Source of the DNA: Bacteroidales bacterium | Lineage (GTDB): Bacteria > Bacteroidota > Bacteroidia > Bacteroidales > UBA932 | Direction of reading: 5' to 3' | Length of the DNA stretch: 64,000 bases | Assembly: GCA_017450655.1 (NCBI GenBank) | Contig: JAFSTD010000005.1 | Span: 4,862 to 68,861, forward strand | Shown: positions 36,947-45,006 of the stretch, piece after piece | How the letters are laid out: every line of letters begins with the position of its first letter | Numbering within the stretch: the first letter of the stretch is position 1 | Notes under the pieces: generated by a model | What the model was told of the DNA's origin: nothing | The model's database searches: none | What the model saw: the letters and a program-made list of their open reading frames with translations, nothing else | Made by a program: the position numbers and the translations under genes

Positions 36947-37735
36947 ATGTTAACCGTTTCAACCCCGACTATCATAATCCTTGTAATTGACGTAATTATC
37001 GGTCTCGCCATTCCGGCGTGCCTTTATCTGTGCCTGAGAAAGAAGGGCGCAAAAGTCAAGAATTTCTGGATCGGCGTTCTGGTAATGCTTCTCTTCGCGT
37101 TTGTTCTGGAGGGCATCGCCAACGCGCTCATATCTCCCGTCCTCTTTCCGGGCGGACTGATCAATATCTGGAAATACGCCATTATAGGGGGACTTTTAGC
37201 CGGAGTGTTTGAAGAGACGGGCCGTTTTCTGGCATTCAAGACTGTGCTGAAGAGATCTGCCACCACTCCTAAAGACGCATTGATGTACGGAGCAGGCCAC
37301 GGCGGATTCGAGGTGTTCGTCATTCTGGCGCTCACCATGATGGGAAATCTGTTCCTGAGCGTTCTCGTAAATCATGGCGCTACTGACCTGATTACAAGAT
37401 CTCTTGAAGGGGAAGCCCTCAACAACGTTCAGGAAGCATTCTACATGCTTTGTACAACCAAGCCTACTCAATATCTGCTTCCGGTAGCTGAGAGAATTTC
37501 TGCCATCATCACCCAGCTTGCCCTATCAGTAATCGTATGGAAAGCCGCCACCTCTTCAAAACACGTTTGGCTGTATCCGGTTGCCATCGTGCTGCATCTG
37601 ATCATAAATGCGGCGGCTATCATCTGTACATCTCAATTCCACCTTCCTGTCCTTGCAGTCGAGGCTATTGTTTTCGTGATAGCAATCGTTTACGCGGTAT
37701 TCGCATGGATTGTTTACAAGAGGGAAGCAGTTTAA
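36947..37735 (+). CDS. YhfC-family intramembrane metalloprotease (putative)
   Basis: Polytopic, with FEETGRF and GAGHGGFE motifs. Confidence 0.6.
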   Translation: MLTVSTPTIIILVIDVIIGLAIPACLYLCLRKKGAKVKNFWIGVLVMLLFAFVLEGIANALISPVLFPGGLINIWKYAIIGGLLAGVFEETGRFLAFKTVLKRSATTPKDALMYGAGHGGFEVFVILALTMMGNLFLSVLVNHGATDLITRSLEGEALNNVQEAFYMLCTTKPTQYLLPVAERISAIITQLALSVIVWKAATSSKHVWLYPVAIVLHLIINAAAIICTSQFHLPVLAVEAIVFVIAIVYAVFAWIVYKREAV

Positions 37736-37744
37736 GAATAGAAT

Positions 37745-38641
37745 ATGAATACATCAAACCTTAAAGCCTACCTCTCGGTATTAGGCGCCGTCACTTTTTG
37801 GGGTCTGTCATTTGTATGGACCAACAAGCTCATTCATCTCCACATCCCAATTTTCACATTCATATTCGGCAGACTTATAATTGCGGGGCTGGTGCTTCTC
37901 CTGATATGCCTTTGCCTCGGTAAGATTGAGAGAATAAAGAAGCAGGACGCAAAATGGTTTATCCTGATGGCGATATGCGAGCCTTTTATCTATTTCATCG
38001 CAGAAACTTTCGGCATCAAGAGTACCAATTCTCCGACTTTGAGCGCCCTCATCATAGCCACGATTCCTATATTCACCATGTTGGGTGACAGGTTTTTCTA
38101 TAAGACGAATATCTCGAAATGGACTGTAATAGGGATTCTGCTCACACTCCCGGGAGTATTTCTGATGGTAGTCAACGGGGGCAAGATCACAAGCGATTAC
38201 TGGTGGGGAATACTGCTGCTGTTCGTTGCAGTTTTTGCCGCCTGCGGATATAATCTATGCATTCGTAATCTGGTAAACGGTTATTCTCCGCTTACAATCT
38301 GTTACGTGCAATTCTTGCTGGGAAGCTTAATGTTCCTCCCTCTTATGCTCACAACAAGAGGCGACTTTGAAGTCACCTCTCTGTTAACCCGGGATGCGTT
38401 GCTCCCTATTCTGAGTCTCGCGTTGCTGTGCTCCTGCCTAGCTTTCTGCCTGCAACTGATTGCCGTGAGCAAAATCGGAATCACCAAGGCCAGCGTTTTC
38501 AACGCCACAATTCCTATCGTATCGGCCATAGCTTCATTCTTCTACGGGATGGAGACCTTTACCGTGATACAGGTGGTCGGCATCATGATCGTCGTATTCG
38601 GCGTCATTCTCGCGCAGACAAAGCCACGAAACGCAATCTAG
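37745..38641 (+). CDS. DMT-superfamily (EamA) transporter
   Basis: About 10 TM helices with duplicated EamA-like halves. Confidence 0.8.
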   Translation: MNTSNLKAYLSVLGAVTFWGLSFVWTNKLIHLHIPIFTFIFGRLIIAGLVLLLICLCLGKIERIKKQDAKWFILMAICEPFIYFIAETFGIKSTNSPTLSALIIATIPIFTMLGDRFFYKTNISKWTVIGILLTLPGVFLMVVNGGKITSDYWWGILLLFVAVFAACGYNLCIRNLVNGYSPLTICYVQFLLGSLMFLPLMLTTRGDFEVTSLLTRDALLPILSLALLCSCLAFCLQLIAVSKIGITKASVFNATIPIVSAIASFFYGMETFTVIQVVGIMIVVFGVILAQTKPRNAI

Positions 38642-38642
38642 C

Positions 38643-39314
38643 CTACTCTATTACCTGAATCTTTGAGTAGTCCCTCGGTTTTGCATCGGGAGCCTCGTCA
38701 GGATATCCGACAGCAATACAGAGCACCAGTTTGTAATCCTCTCTGAATTTGAGCTGTCTCAAATAAGGAGCCGCTTCCGGCGTGTCATTCATAAAGTCGG
38801 TCTGAATGCCAAGGCAGCAGGTTCCGAGACCGAAAGAAGCCGCAGCGTTGCATATATTTCCGGCAAGAAGCCCGGCGTCAAGGTCGGTATAACGACCCGG
38901 ACCGTCAGGGATTGCGATGAAATAAACTGCCGTACCGTTCTTGAAGAAATTCTTGAAAGAGGGATTGTCAACCTGTCTGGCAGTCCTCTCATTACGGCGC
39001 ATTACCTCTTTGTAAACTTCGGTAATGCCGTTTATGTATTCAGGATTGTCAACTATTCTCACTTCCCATTCTTGAGCATTACGAGAATTTGGAGCATTGA
39101 CTCCGATTCTTGCTATTTCCTCGAGGAGGGCGCGGTCTACCGGTTGGTCGGTATAATTCCTGATGCTTCTGCGGGCAAGAAGCGTCTCAACCGTAGGATT
39201 TGTGAAAGCTGTCCCGTTTGCATTCTTGGTGCAGCCTTTCTTGCCGAGGAGGTATCCCAGACAAACTCCTGCAAGAATCAACACCACAAAAAGGAGAATT
39301 AATGATTTTTTCAT
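38643..39314 (-). CDS. Nitroreductase-family protein with an N-terminal signal/anchor sequence
   Basis: RRSIRNY motif and nitroreductase fold pattern, preceded by MKKSLILLFVVLILAGVCLGYLLG. Confidence 0.8.
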   Translation of the reverse strand: MKKSLILLFVVLILAGVCLGYLLGKKGCTKNANGTAFTNPTVETLLARRSIRNYTDQPVDRALLEEIARIGVNAPNSRNAQEWEVRIVDNPEYINGITEVYKEVMRRNERTARQVDNPSFKNFFKNGTAVYFIAIPDGPGRYTDLDAGLLAGNICNAAASFGLGTCCLGIQTDFMNDTPEAAPYLRQLKFREDYKLVLCIAVGYPDEAPDAKPRDYSKIQVIE

Positions 39315-39340
39315 AGCGCTGTGATTGTATTTGTTATAGT

Positions 39341-39348
39341 CAAAGATA
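39341..39348 (-). promoter_or_regulatory. -7 promoter box TATCTTTG
   Basis: Perfect TAnnTTTG, 26 nt upstream of ATG 39314. Confidence 0.45.
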
Positions 39349-39369
39349 AAAAGTTTTTATTGTTTTTGC

Positions 39370-39377
39370 TAAATTTG
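39370..39377 (+). promoter_or_regulatory. -7 promoter box TAAATTTG
   Basis: Perfect TAnnTTTG, 8 nt upstream of the holB ATG at 39386. Confidence 0.45.
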
Positions 39378-39385
39378 TATTCGGT

Positions 39386-40519
39386 ATGAAATTCTCCCAA
39401 ATTAATGGAAATGAGAGCCTTAAAAGCAGGCTCAAGGCAATGGTCGATTCGGGGAAACTCGGTCACGCTTTCCTTTTCGTAGAAGAGGAAGGGATGGGCG
39501 CCTTGCCTATGGCTCTTGCCCTGGCTCAATACATCAATTGCAAGGGAGAAAAAGATGGCGATTCTTGCGGGGTCTGCAGCAACTGTTACAAAATCGAGAA
39601 GCTTATCCATCCCGACCTCCATTTTTCTTACCCTGTGAACGCGTCCCCTCTTCTTTCCGAGGCTGAAAAGAAGAAGCCCACATCGGACATGTTCCTCAAT
39701 GAATGGAGAGAACTGTGCCTGAGCAATCCGTATTTCAGCGAACAGGATCTCTATTCTGCATTCAAGATTGAGGGAAAGCAGGGGAACATCTCAGTTAACG
39801 AAGCGAAGCGGATTATAGACGTCCTCTCGCTGAAGCCTCTGGAGGCCGATAACAAGGTGATGATTATATTCCTCGCAGAGAGGATGAACAGCGAGGCGGC
39901 AAATAAACTGCTCAAACTGCTTGAAGAGCCCCCTGCAGGCACCTATTTCTTCCTCATTGCCCAGCAGCCGTCAAGGCTTCTGACCACGATAGTTTCCAGA
40001 TGCCAGTTAATACGGCTTCAGCCGGAATCACCACGGGATTTGGCGGCAATTCTTTCAAAAGAGAAGGGCATTGACGAGTCGGACGCTCTCAATTATGCCA
40101 GGGTCGCAGCCGGGAGTTACGGCAGGGCGATCAAGCTGATTGAAGAGAATGAATCCGAAAAAGAATACGAACAGAAAGTTAAAGAGCTGTTCGAGGTCTG
40201 CTTGAACAAAAACCTGGTTGAAGTTATCTCCACCGCGGATTCTCTTGCCGAAATGGGAAGAGAGCAGCAGAAGACTTTTTGCCGGCAGGCGGAGCTACTA
40301 ATCAGAAAATTATTTATGTTTGCAAATGGCGCCGGAGATATTTCTTTGGCCCAACAAAAAGAATACGATTACCTTGAAACGCTGGCCAGTCGGATTAAAC
40401 CCGATTTTTATGAGAAAGGGCTGAAGATTTTTGATTCCGCTCTTGTGGCGATAGAGAGTAACACCAACTCGAAGCTGCTGTTTCTGGATATATGTAATCG
40501 CCTTTACATGATGTTATAA
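39386..40519 (+). CDS. holB: DNA polymerase III subunit delta'
   Basis: HAFLFVEEEGMGA, zinc module CKGEKDGDSCGVCSNCYKI, and SRC motif VSRCQ. Confidence 0.88.
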   Translation: MKFSQINGNESLKSRLKAMVDSGKLGHAFLFVEEEGMGALPMALALAQYINCKGEKDGDSCGVCSNCYKIEKLIHPDLHFSYPVNASPLLSEAEKKKPTSDMFLNEWRELCLSNPYFSEQDLYSAFKIEGKQGNISVNEAKRIIDVLSLKPLEADNKVMIIFLAERMNSEAANKLLKLLEEPPAGTYFFLIAQQPSRLLTTIVSRCQLIRLQPESPRDLAAILSKEKGIDESDALNYARVAAGSYGRAIKLIEENESEKEYEQKVKELFEVCLNKNLVEVISTADSLAEMGREQQKTFCRQAELLIRKLFMFANGAGDISLAQQKEYDYLETLASRIKPDFYEKGLKIFDSALVAIESNTNSKLLFLDICNRLYMML

Positions 40520-40520
40520 A

Positions 40521-41666
40521 ATGAAAGATCAAAAAGTAAAATACGATTGTTACCGTGGGTGCGAGGTTGTAAGAAAGGGGAACGGTGAAATTTCCATCAA
40601 TTACGATCAGTCTTGCTGCAAAAGAGCCACTTTCAACTGGCTTGACGGCATCACCACGGAGAGTTGCAGAGACCTGTTTGAGGTGCGATTCAAGAACACC
40701 CGCAAGGCAATCTACCGCAACGATTCCAATCAGATATTAAAAGTTGGAGACATAGTTGTCGTTGAAGCCACCAACGGACACGACGTTGGAATAATCACGT
40801 TGGACGGCGCCGTAGTGGGTCGTCAGCTTCTCCGCAACAACATAGACATCAAGACTTACGAGTTCAAGAGAATCTACCGCAAGGCTAAAATTCTGGACAT
40901 CGAGAGATGGCAGGAGGCCATTGCGCGAGAGCATAAGACTATGATCCGCTCCCGCCAGATTGCCGCAGATCTGAATCTCGACATGAAAATCGGAGACGTG
41001 GAGTTCCAGGGAGACGGGACGAAGGCCACATTCTACTATATCGCAGACGAGCGCGTTGATTTCCGTCAGTTGATTAAGGATTTCGCTGAAGAATTCCGTA
41101 TCAGAATCGAAATGAAACAGATTGGCGCAAGACAGGAAGCCGGTCTGATCGGAGGAATCGGCGTTTGCGGAAGGGCGCTTTGCTGCTCATGCTACATGGC
41201 AAACTTCCTGTCCATTACAACTCAGACTGCAAGATGTCAGGATCTCTCGCTGAACCCACAGAAGCTCGCAGGACAGTGCGGCAAGCTCAAATGCTGCATC
41301 AACTATGAGGCGGACACTTATGCTGACGCTCACAGCAAGCTTCCGGAGGTTAAAGAACCGTTGATGTTCGACAACGGCCCGGCTTACCTTGTAAAGACCG
41401 ACGTGCTTCAAGGTGTGCTCTGGTTCTCATTCGACAAAGGCAATATGGTGAATATGTTCCCTCTTTCTGCCGACGAAGTCTTTGAGATTCAGGAGATAAA
41501 CAAAAAAGGAAAGAGCGCTTCCCAGAATCAGAAGAAAGAGTCGGAAGAGGAGCACCAGTTCATCAGCGCCGTCGGCGATGACAGCATTTACCGCTTTGAC
41601 GAACGCGGAAAATCCAGAAAGAAAAGAAAGCATAAAAGAAAAGGGAATGACAGGAAAGAGGTTTAG
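40521..41666 (+). CDS. PSP1-domain protein (YaaT/RicT-like)
   Basis: PSP1 C-terminal domain with Cys cluster GVCGRALCCSCY...CGKLKCCINYE. Follows holB as in Bacillus. Lys/Arg-rich tail (KSRKKRKHKRKGNDRKEV). Confidence 0.85.
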   Translation: MKDQKVKYDCYRGCEVVRKGNGEISINYDQSCCKRATFNWLDGITTESCRDLFEVRFKNTRKAIYRNDSNQILKVGDIVVVEATNGHDVGIITLDGAVVGRQLLRNNIDIKTYEFKRIYRKAKILDIERWQEAIAREHKTMIRSRQIAADLNLDMKIGDVEFQGDGTKATFYYIADERVDFRQLIKDFAEEFRIRIEMKQIGARQEAGLIGGIGVCGRALCCSCYMANFLSITTQTARCQDLSLNPQKLAGQCGKLKCCINYEADTYADAHSKLPEVKEPLMFDNGPAYLVKTDVLQGVLWFSFDKGNMVNMFPLSADEVFEIQEINKKGKSASQNQKKESEEEHQFISAVGDDSIYRFDERGKSRKKRKHKRKGNDRKEV

Positions 41667-42117
41667 TTTAATAGCCGTTCTTTTGTCTTTATTGTTCTGC
41701 TCGTGTACCAACCGACATGAGGGATACTCTTTTCTCAGCCTGAAAGACAACCCTGACGGGCTTAACTACACATTCACAATAGATACTCTCTGCACCTACG
41801 ACACGTATATTTCGTGTAAGTTCAATTCCAGAGCAGTTTCTGACAAGCTCCTCAGAATGAGGGTTATAGTGACTGATCCCCGGGGAGAAAATTACTGTGA
41901 CACTCTGGTTCTGCCCCTCCATTCACGGGAAAACGAAACCAGCGTAGCGGATGGCATTCTCATCTGTAACGAGGGAGCTTATACCGACATTCAATGGCCC
42001 TACAGAAGCGGTGTAAAGAGCGACATTATCGGTAAATGGGGCGTCACCTTCGACCTTCTCTCAAATTCCGAAGGTATTCTTGGAATGGGGTTCAGCTATA
42101 TGCCTGCTAAAAAGTAA
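41647..42117 (+). CDS. GldH-like lipoprotein
   Basis: Lipoprotein signal LLSLLFCSC. The ending EGILGMGFSY resembles the GldH C-terminal EGITDVGF motif. ATG at 41647 overlaps PSP1 by 20 nt; the track ORF start at 41578 lies inside PSP1. Confidence 0.5.
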   Translation: MTGKRFSLIAVLLSLLFCSCTNRHEGYSFLSLKDNPDGLNYTFTIDTLCTYDTYISCKFNSRAVSDKLLRMRVIVTDPRGENYCDTLVLPLHSRENETSVADGILICNEGAYTDIQWPYRSGVKSDIIGKWGVTFDLLSNSEGILGMGFSYMPAKK

Positions 42118-42119
42118 AG

Positions 42120-42788
42120 ATGGGAAAGGACAAACTTAGAAAATTCAGGGAGAATGAGACCTTTGAATGTCTCCTGCAACCGACTCTGGATCAGATATTG
42201 GACCGGAAGCACCCACTTTGCGGCAAATGGGGTAAGGAAGTTTTCCGCAATGGCAATCCCCTCGTTCTGGAACTTGGCTGCGGAAAGGGCGAATATACGA
42301 TTGCCCTGGCCGAACGCAATCCTGACATCAATTACATAGGAGTCGACATCAAAGGAGCCAGGCTCTGGAAAGGAGCAAAGTATGCCACCGAAAACAAAAT
42401 GCCGAACGTCGCCTTCCTCCGCACCAGAATAGACTTTATTTCCTCATTCTTCGGCCCGGATGAAGTGGATGAGATTTGGGTTACCTTCGCTGACCCTCAG
42501 CCTAAAAAGCCCAATAAAAGACTGACTTCCCCAGTGTTTTTGGAGAGATACAAGACTTTCCTTAAAAAGGGTGGTATTGTCAACTTGAAGACTGACAGCC
42601 AGTTGCTTCACGAATATACTCTGGAGACCGCTCCTGACAGCGGCTTCGAAATTCTCGAGCACAACAATGACATTTACGGAAGCGGTCGCGTCACACCTGA
42701 CGACATACTGAACGTCAAGACCTTCTACGAGTCGCAGTTCCTCGCCAAAGGACTTCCTATCACCTATTTGAAAATGAGATTGCTCTAA
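42120..42788 (+). CDS. trmB: tRNA (guanine46-N7)-methyltransferase
   Basis: ELGCGKGEY SAM motif, GVDIKG, and FADPQPKK. Confidence 0.9.
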   Translation: MGKDKLRKFRENETFECLLQPTLDQILDRKHPLCGKWGKEVFRNGNPLVLELGCGKGEYTIALAERNPDINYIGVDIKGARLWKGAKYATENKMPNVAFLRTRIDFISSFFGPDEVDEIWVTFADPQPKKPNKRLTSPVFLERYKTFLKKGGIVNLKTDSQLLHEYTLETAPDSGFEILEHNNDIYGSGRVTPDDILNVKTFYESQFLAKGLPITYLKMRLL

Positions 42789-43741
42789 CTGCTGCGATTG
42801 CAGAGATGGAGAGCGAGTTTAGTCAGGAACTCCTTTGATCGGGAATCCTCAAACAAGTCCAGGGCAGAGACTGCTTTGCGGGACTCTTCTTCCAACGCTT
42901 TCTGGGCATATCCGATACCGCCTGCGAGAGAAACTTCTTTAAGGACTGCCCTCCGGCGTCTGTGACAGAATTTTTTCATCAGTTTGGCACTCTCCTTCTC
43001 GTCTAAACTACGCAGTGCGCCAAGCAGCGGGAGAGTGATTTTTCTTTCCATTATATCCTGCCCCGAAGGCTTTCCGGTATCAAGTTTCGGAGAATAATCC
43101 AGAATATCGTCTCTGATCTGAAATGCAAGGCCCAGATGACAGGCATATTCCCCTATGGCATCCACCTGCTCTTTTGAAGCGCCTACGGAATAAGCACCTG
43201 CAATCATTGCGGTGTGGAAGAGAGAAGCCGTTTTGTAAAAAATAACCTGGTAGTATTCTTCTTCGGTAGTATCGATGGAGATTGCTTTCTGCATCTGGAA
43301 CAATTCTCCTTTGGACAACTCTTCCAGACAGTCCCGGAAAGCATTTATGATTTTCATATTTCCTCCGTCCACTATCTTTTTCATCGCTACCGAGAGCCAG
43401 AAATCTCCCACCAGAACGGAGGCGGTGGAAGACACCATCGCGCCTACGGTAGGACGGCCTCTTCGAATCTTAGAATCATCCACCACGTCATCGTGAAGCA
43501 GCGTGGCAGTATGCAGCAACTCCGATGCCGCAGCGCAATCGGCAGTATGTTCTTCACACTTCCCTGCACAGACGCGGGCAGCCAAAAGGCAGAGCATAGG
43601 ACGGAGTTGTTTTCCCAGGCTCTCCGTAATATACTGATTGATAGAGTCTAAAAGAGGTATTCGGGAGTTGAGACTCTCTGCGAATACCTCCTTATATTTC
43701 TCCCAGTCTGATCCTAGATAACTGATTATTTCTTTTGTCAT
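42785..43741 (-). CDS. ispB: Polyprenyl diphosphate synthase (octaprenyl/all-trans type)
   Basis: First DDxxD motif LHDDVVDD and second FQIRDDILD. Chain length not determinable. Confidence 0.85.
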   Translation of the reverse strand: MTKEIISYLGSDWEKYKEVFAESLNSRIPLLDSINQYITESLGKQLRPMLCLLAARVCAGKCEEHTADCAAASELLHTATLLHDDVVDDSKIRRGRPTVGAMVSSTASVLVGDFWLSVAMKKIVDGGNMKIINAFRDCLEELSKGELFQMQKAISIDTTEEEYYQVIFYKTASLFHTAMIAGAYSVGASKEQVDAIGEYACHLGLAFQIRDDILDYSPKLDTGKPSGQDIMERKITLPLLGALRSLDEKESAKLMKKFCHRRRRAVLKEVSLAGGIGYAQKALEEESRKAVSALDLFEDSRSKEFLTKLALHLCNRSS

Positions 43742-44346
43742 CAGAATTTAACACCGAGAGTAAACTCCAAGCTGTGAGGCTTGTTACCAATCTCCTTGAC
43801 GTTGTTCACGTACTCTGAACCGGCGGCAACTTTACCGAAGTTCCATGCGTACTTAGCGGTAAACTGAACAAGGTCGAACAATTCGACACCGGCACCAAGA
43901 GCGATGCCATACTCAAGTTTGCTTGCAAGCTCCTTTGTTGTTTCAGAAATGTGCTGATTGCCTGAACCGTTTAACTTGTTGCTCAAGCAGTAACCGACAA
44001 ACGGGGTAGCCTGAACGAAAGGTCTGACGATGAGCAAGTCCGGTCCCCATTGGATGTTAACCGGAACCTGAAGATATGACAGCTCCCAATTAACGTTATC
44101 TAATTTGGAACCTTTCTTATTGAATACGAGCTCCGGTTGAACTGAAAAACCGGCAACTGAGCGAGTCTGGTAACCAATACCTACTTGAAAACTGGTATAA
44201 TCCTTAATGCTCTGGAAATCCGCTTTGCGAATATCCTGCTGCGAGCTGGTAACACCGGCCTTGATCACAAATTTCTGTGCATTCGCCGTGAAACTGACGC
44301 AAGTCAGCATCAAGATTGAAATAACAAATAGACTTAGTTTTTTCAT
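43741..44346 (-). CDS. Small outer-membrane beta-barrel (porin-family) protein
   Basis: Signal peptide, alternating beta-strand pattern, and C-terminal ...FTLGVKF. Confidence 0.75.
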   Translation of the reverse strand: MKKLSLFVISILMLTCVSFTANAQKFVIKAGVTSSQQDIRKADFQSIKDYTSFQVGIGYQTRSVAGFSVQPELVFNKKGSKLDNVNWELSYLQVPVNIQWGPDLLIVRPFVQATPFVGYCLSNKLNGSGNQHISETTKELASKLEYGIALGAGVELFDLVQFTAKYAWNFGKVAAGSEYVNNVKEIGNKPHSLEFTLGVKF

Positions 44347-44358
44347 GATATCAATTGT

Positions 44359-44673
44359 TTAAAGATACTTTTCTATTCTTGCTACAATATCACTCTTAGG
44401 AACTGCTCCCACTGAACGGTCCACCAATTCTCCGTTTTTGAAGAAAAGAAGAGTAGGAATATTGCGAATTGAATATTTCATAGGAACATCTGATGCCTCG
44501 TCTACGTTGCATTTGGCAACAGTCAATTTACCGGCGAATTCATCTGCCAGCTCATCAACTATTGGAGAAAGCATTCTACAAGGGCCACACCACGTTGCCC
44601 AGAAGTCTACGATCATAAGGCCTCCCTTAGACAGAAGATCTTCAAAATTTGAATCTGTTACATTTTGTACCAT
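44359..44673 (-). CDS. trxA: Thioredoxin
   Basis: WCGPC active site; 104 aa. Confidence 0.93.
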   Translation of the reverse strand: MVQNVTDSNFEDLLSKGGLMIVDFWATWCGPCRMLSPIVDELADEFAGKLTVAKCNVDEASDVPMKYSIRNIPTLLFFKNGELVDRSVGAVPKSDIVARIEKYL

Positions 44674-44706
44674 ATTGTGTCATTTTTTGCGAATATACTA
44701 AAAAAA

Positions 44707-45000
44707 CTAAACTGTCTGTTCAATATTCCAGACAAACGCCCTGACTCCAACCTCCTTGTTTCTAAGGTCCAGCTTCTTGACAGTCGCCAGAAGATCAGGG
44801 ACTAGAGAATCTTCAACTACGGTCATAACTGCGGAATTCATCTCAGGCCAGGTATGTGTGCCGCGGTGAGGACGTCCACCGTTTGTACCACGGCCCTGGA
44901 CTTGCTCAAACATTGTGAAACCGCTGATTTTCAGCTGATCCAACATATATTCCACACGTCCTGTATTGGATTGATTGAATACTATGAATACTGCTTTCAT
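44707..45000 (-). CDS. P-II-like small protein associated with RND transporters (PG0541-type)
   Basis: 97 aa with a beta-alpha-beta pattern and a Gly/Arg loop GRGTNGGRPHRGTH. Lies 6 nt downstream of the RND permease. Confidence 0.6.
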   Translation of the reverse strand: MKAVFIVFNQSNTGRVEYMLDQLKISGFTMFEQVQGRGTNGGRPHRGTHTWPEMNSAVMTVVEDSLVPDLLATVKKLDLRNKEVGVRAFVWNIEQTV

Positions 45001-45006
45001 ATCTTG

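Noticed and set aside
41578-41646. Upstream start (41578) for the GldH-like ORF.
   Set aside because: That part lies within the PSP1 coding region. The lipoprotein signal peptide begins at ATG 41647.
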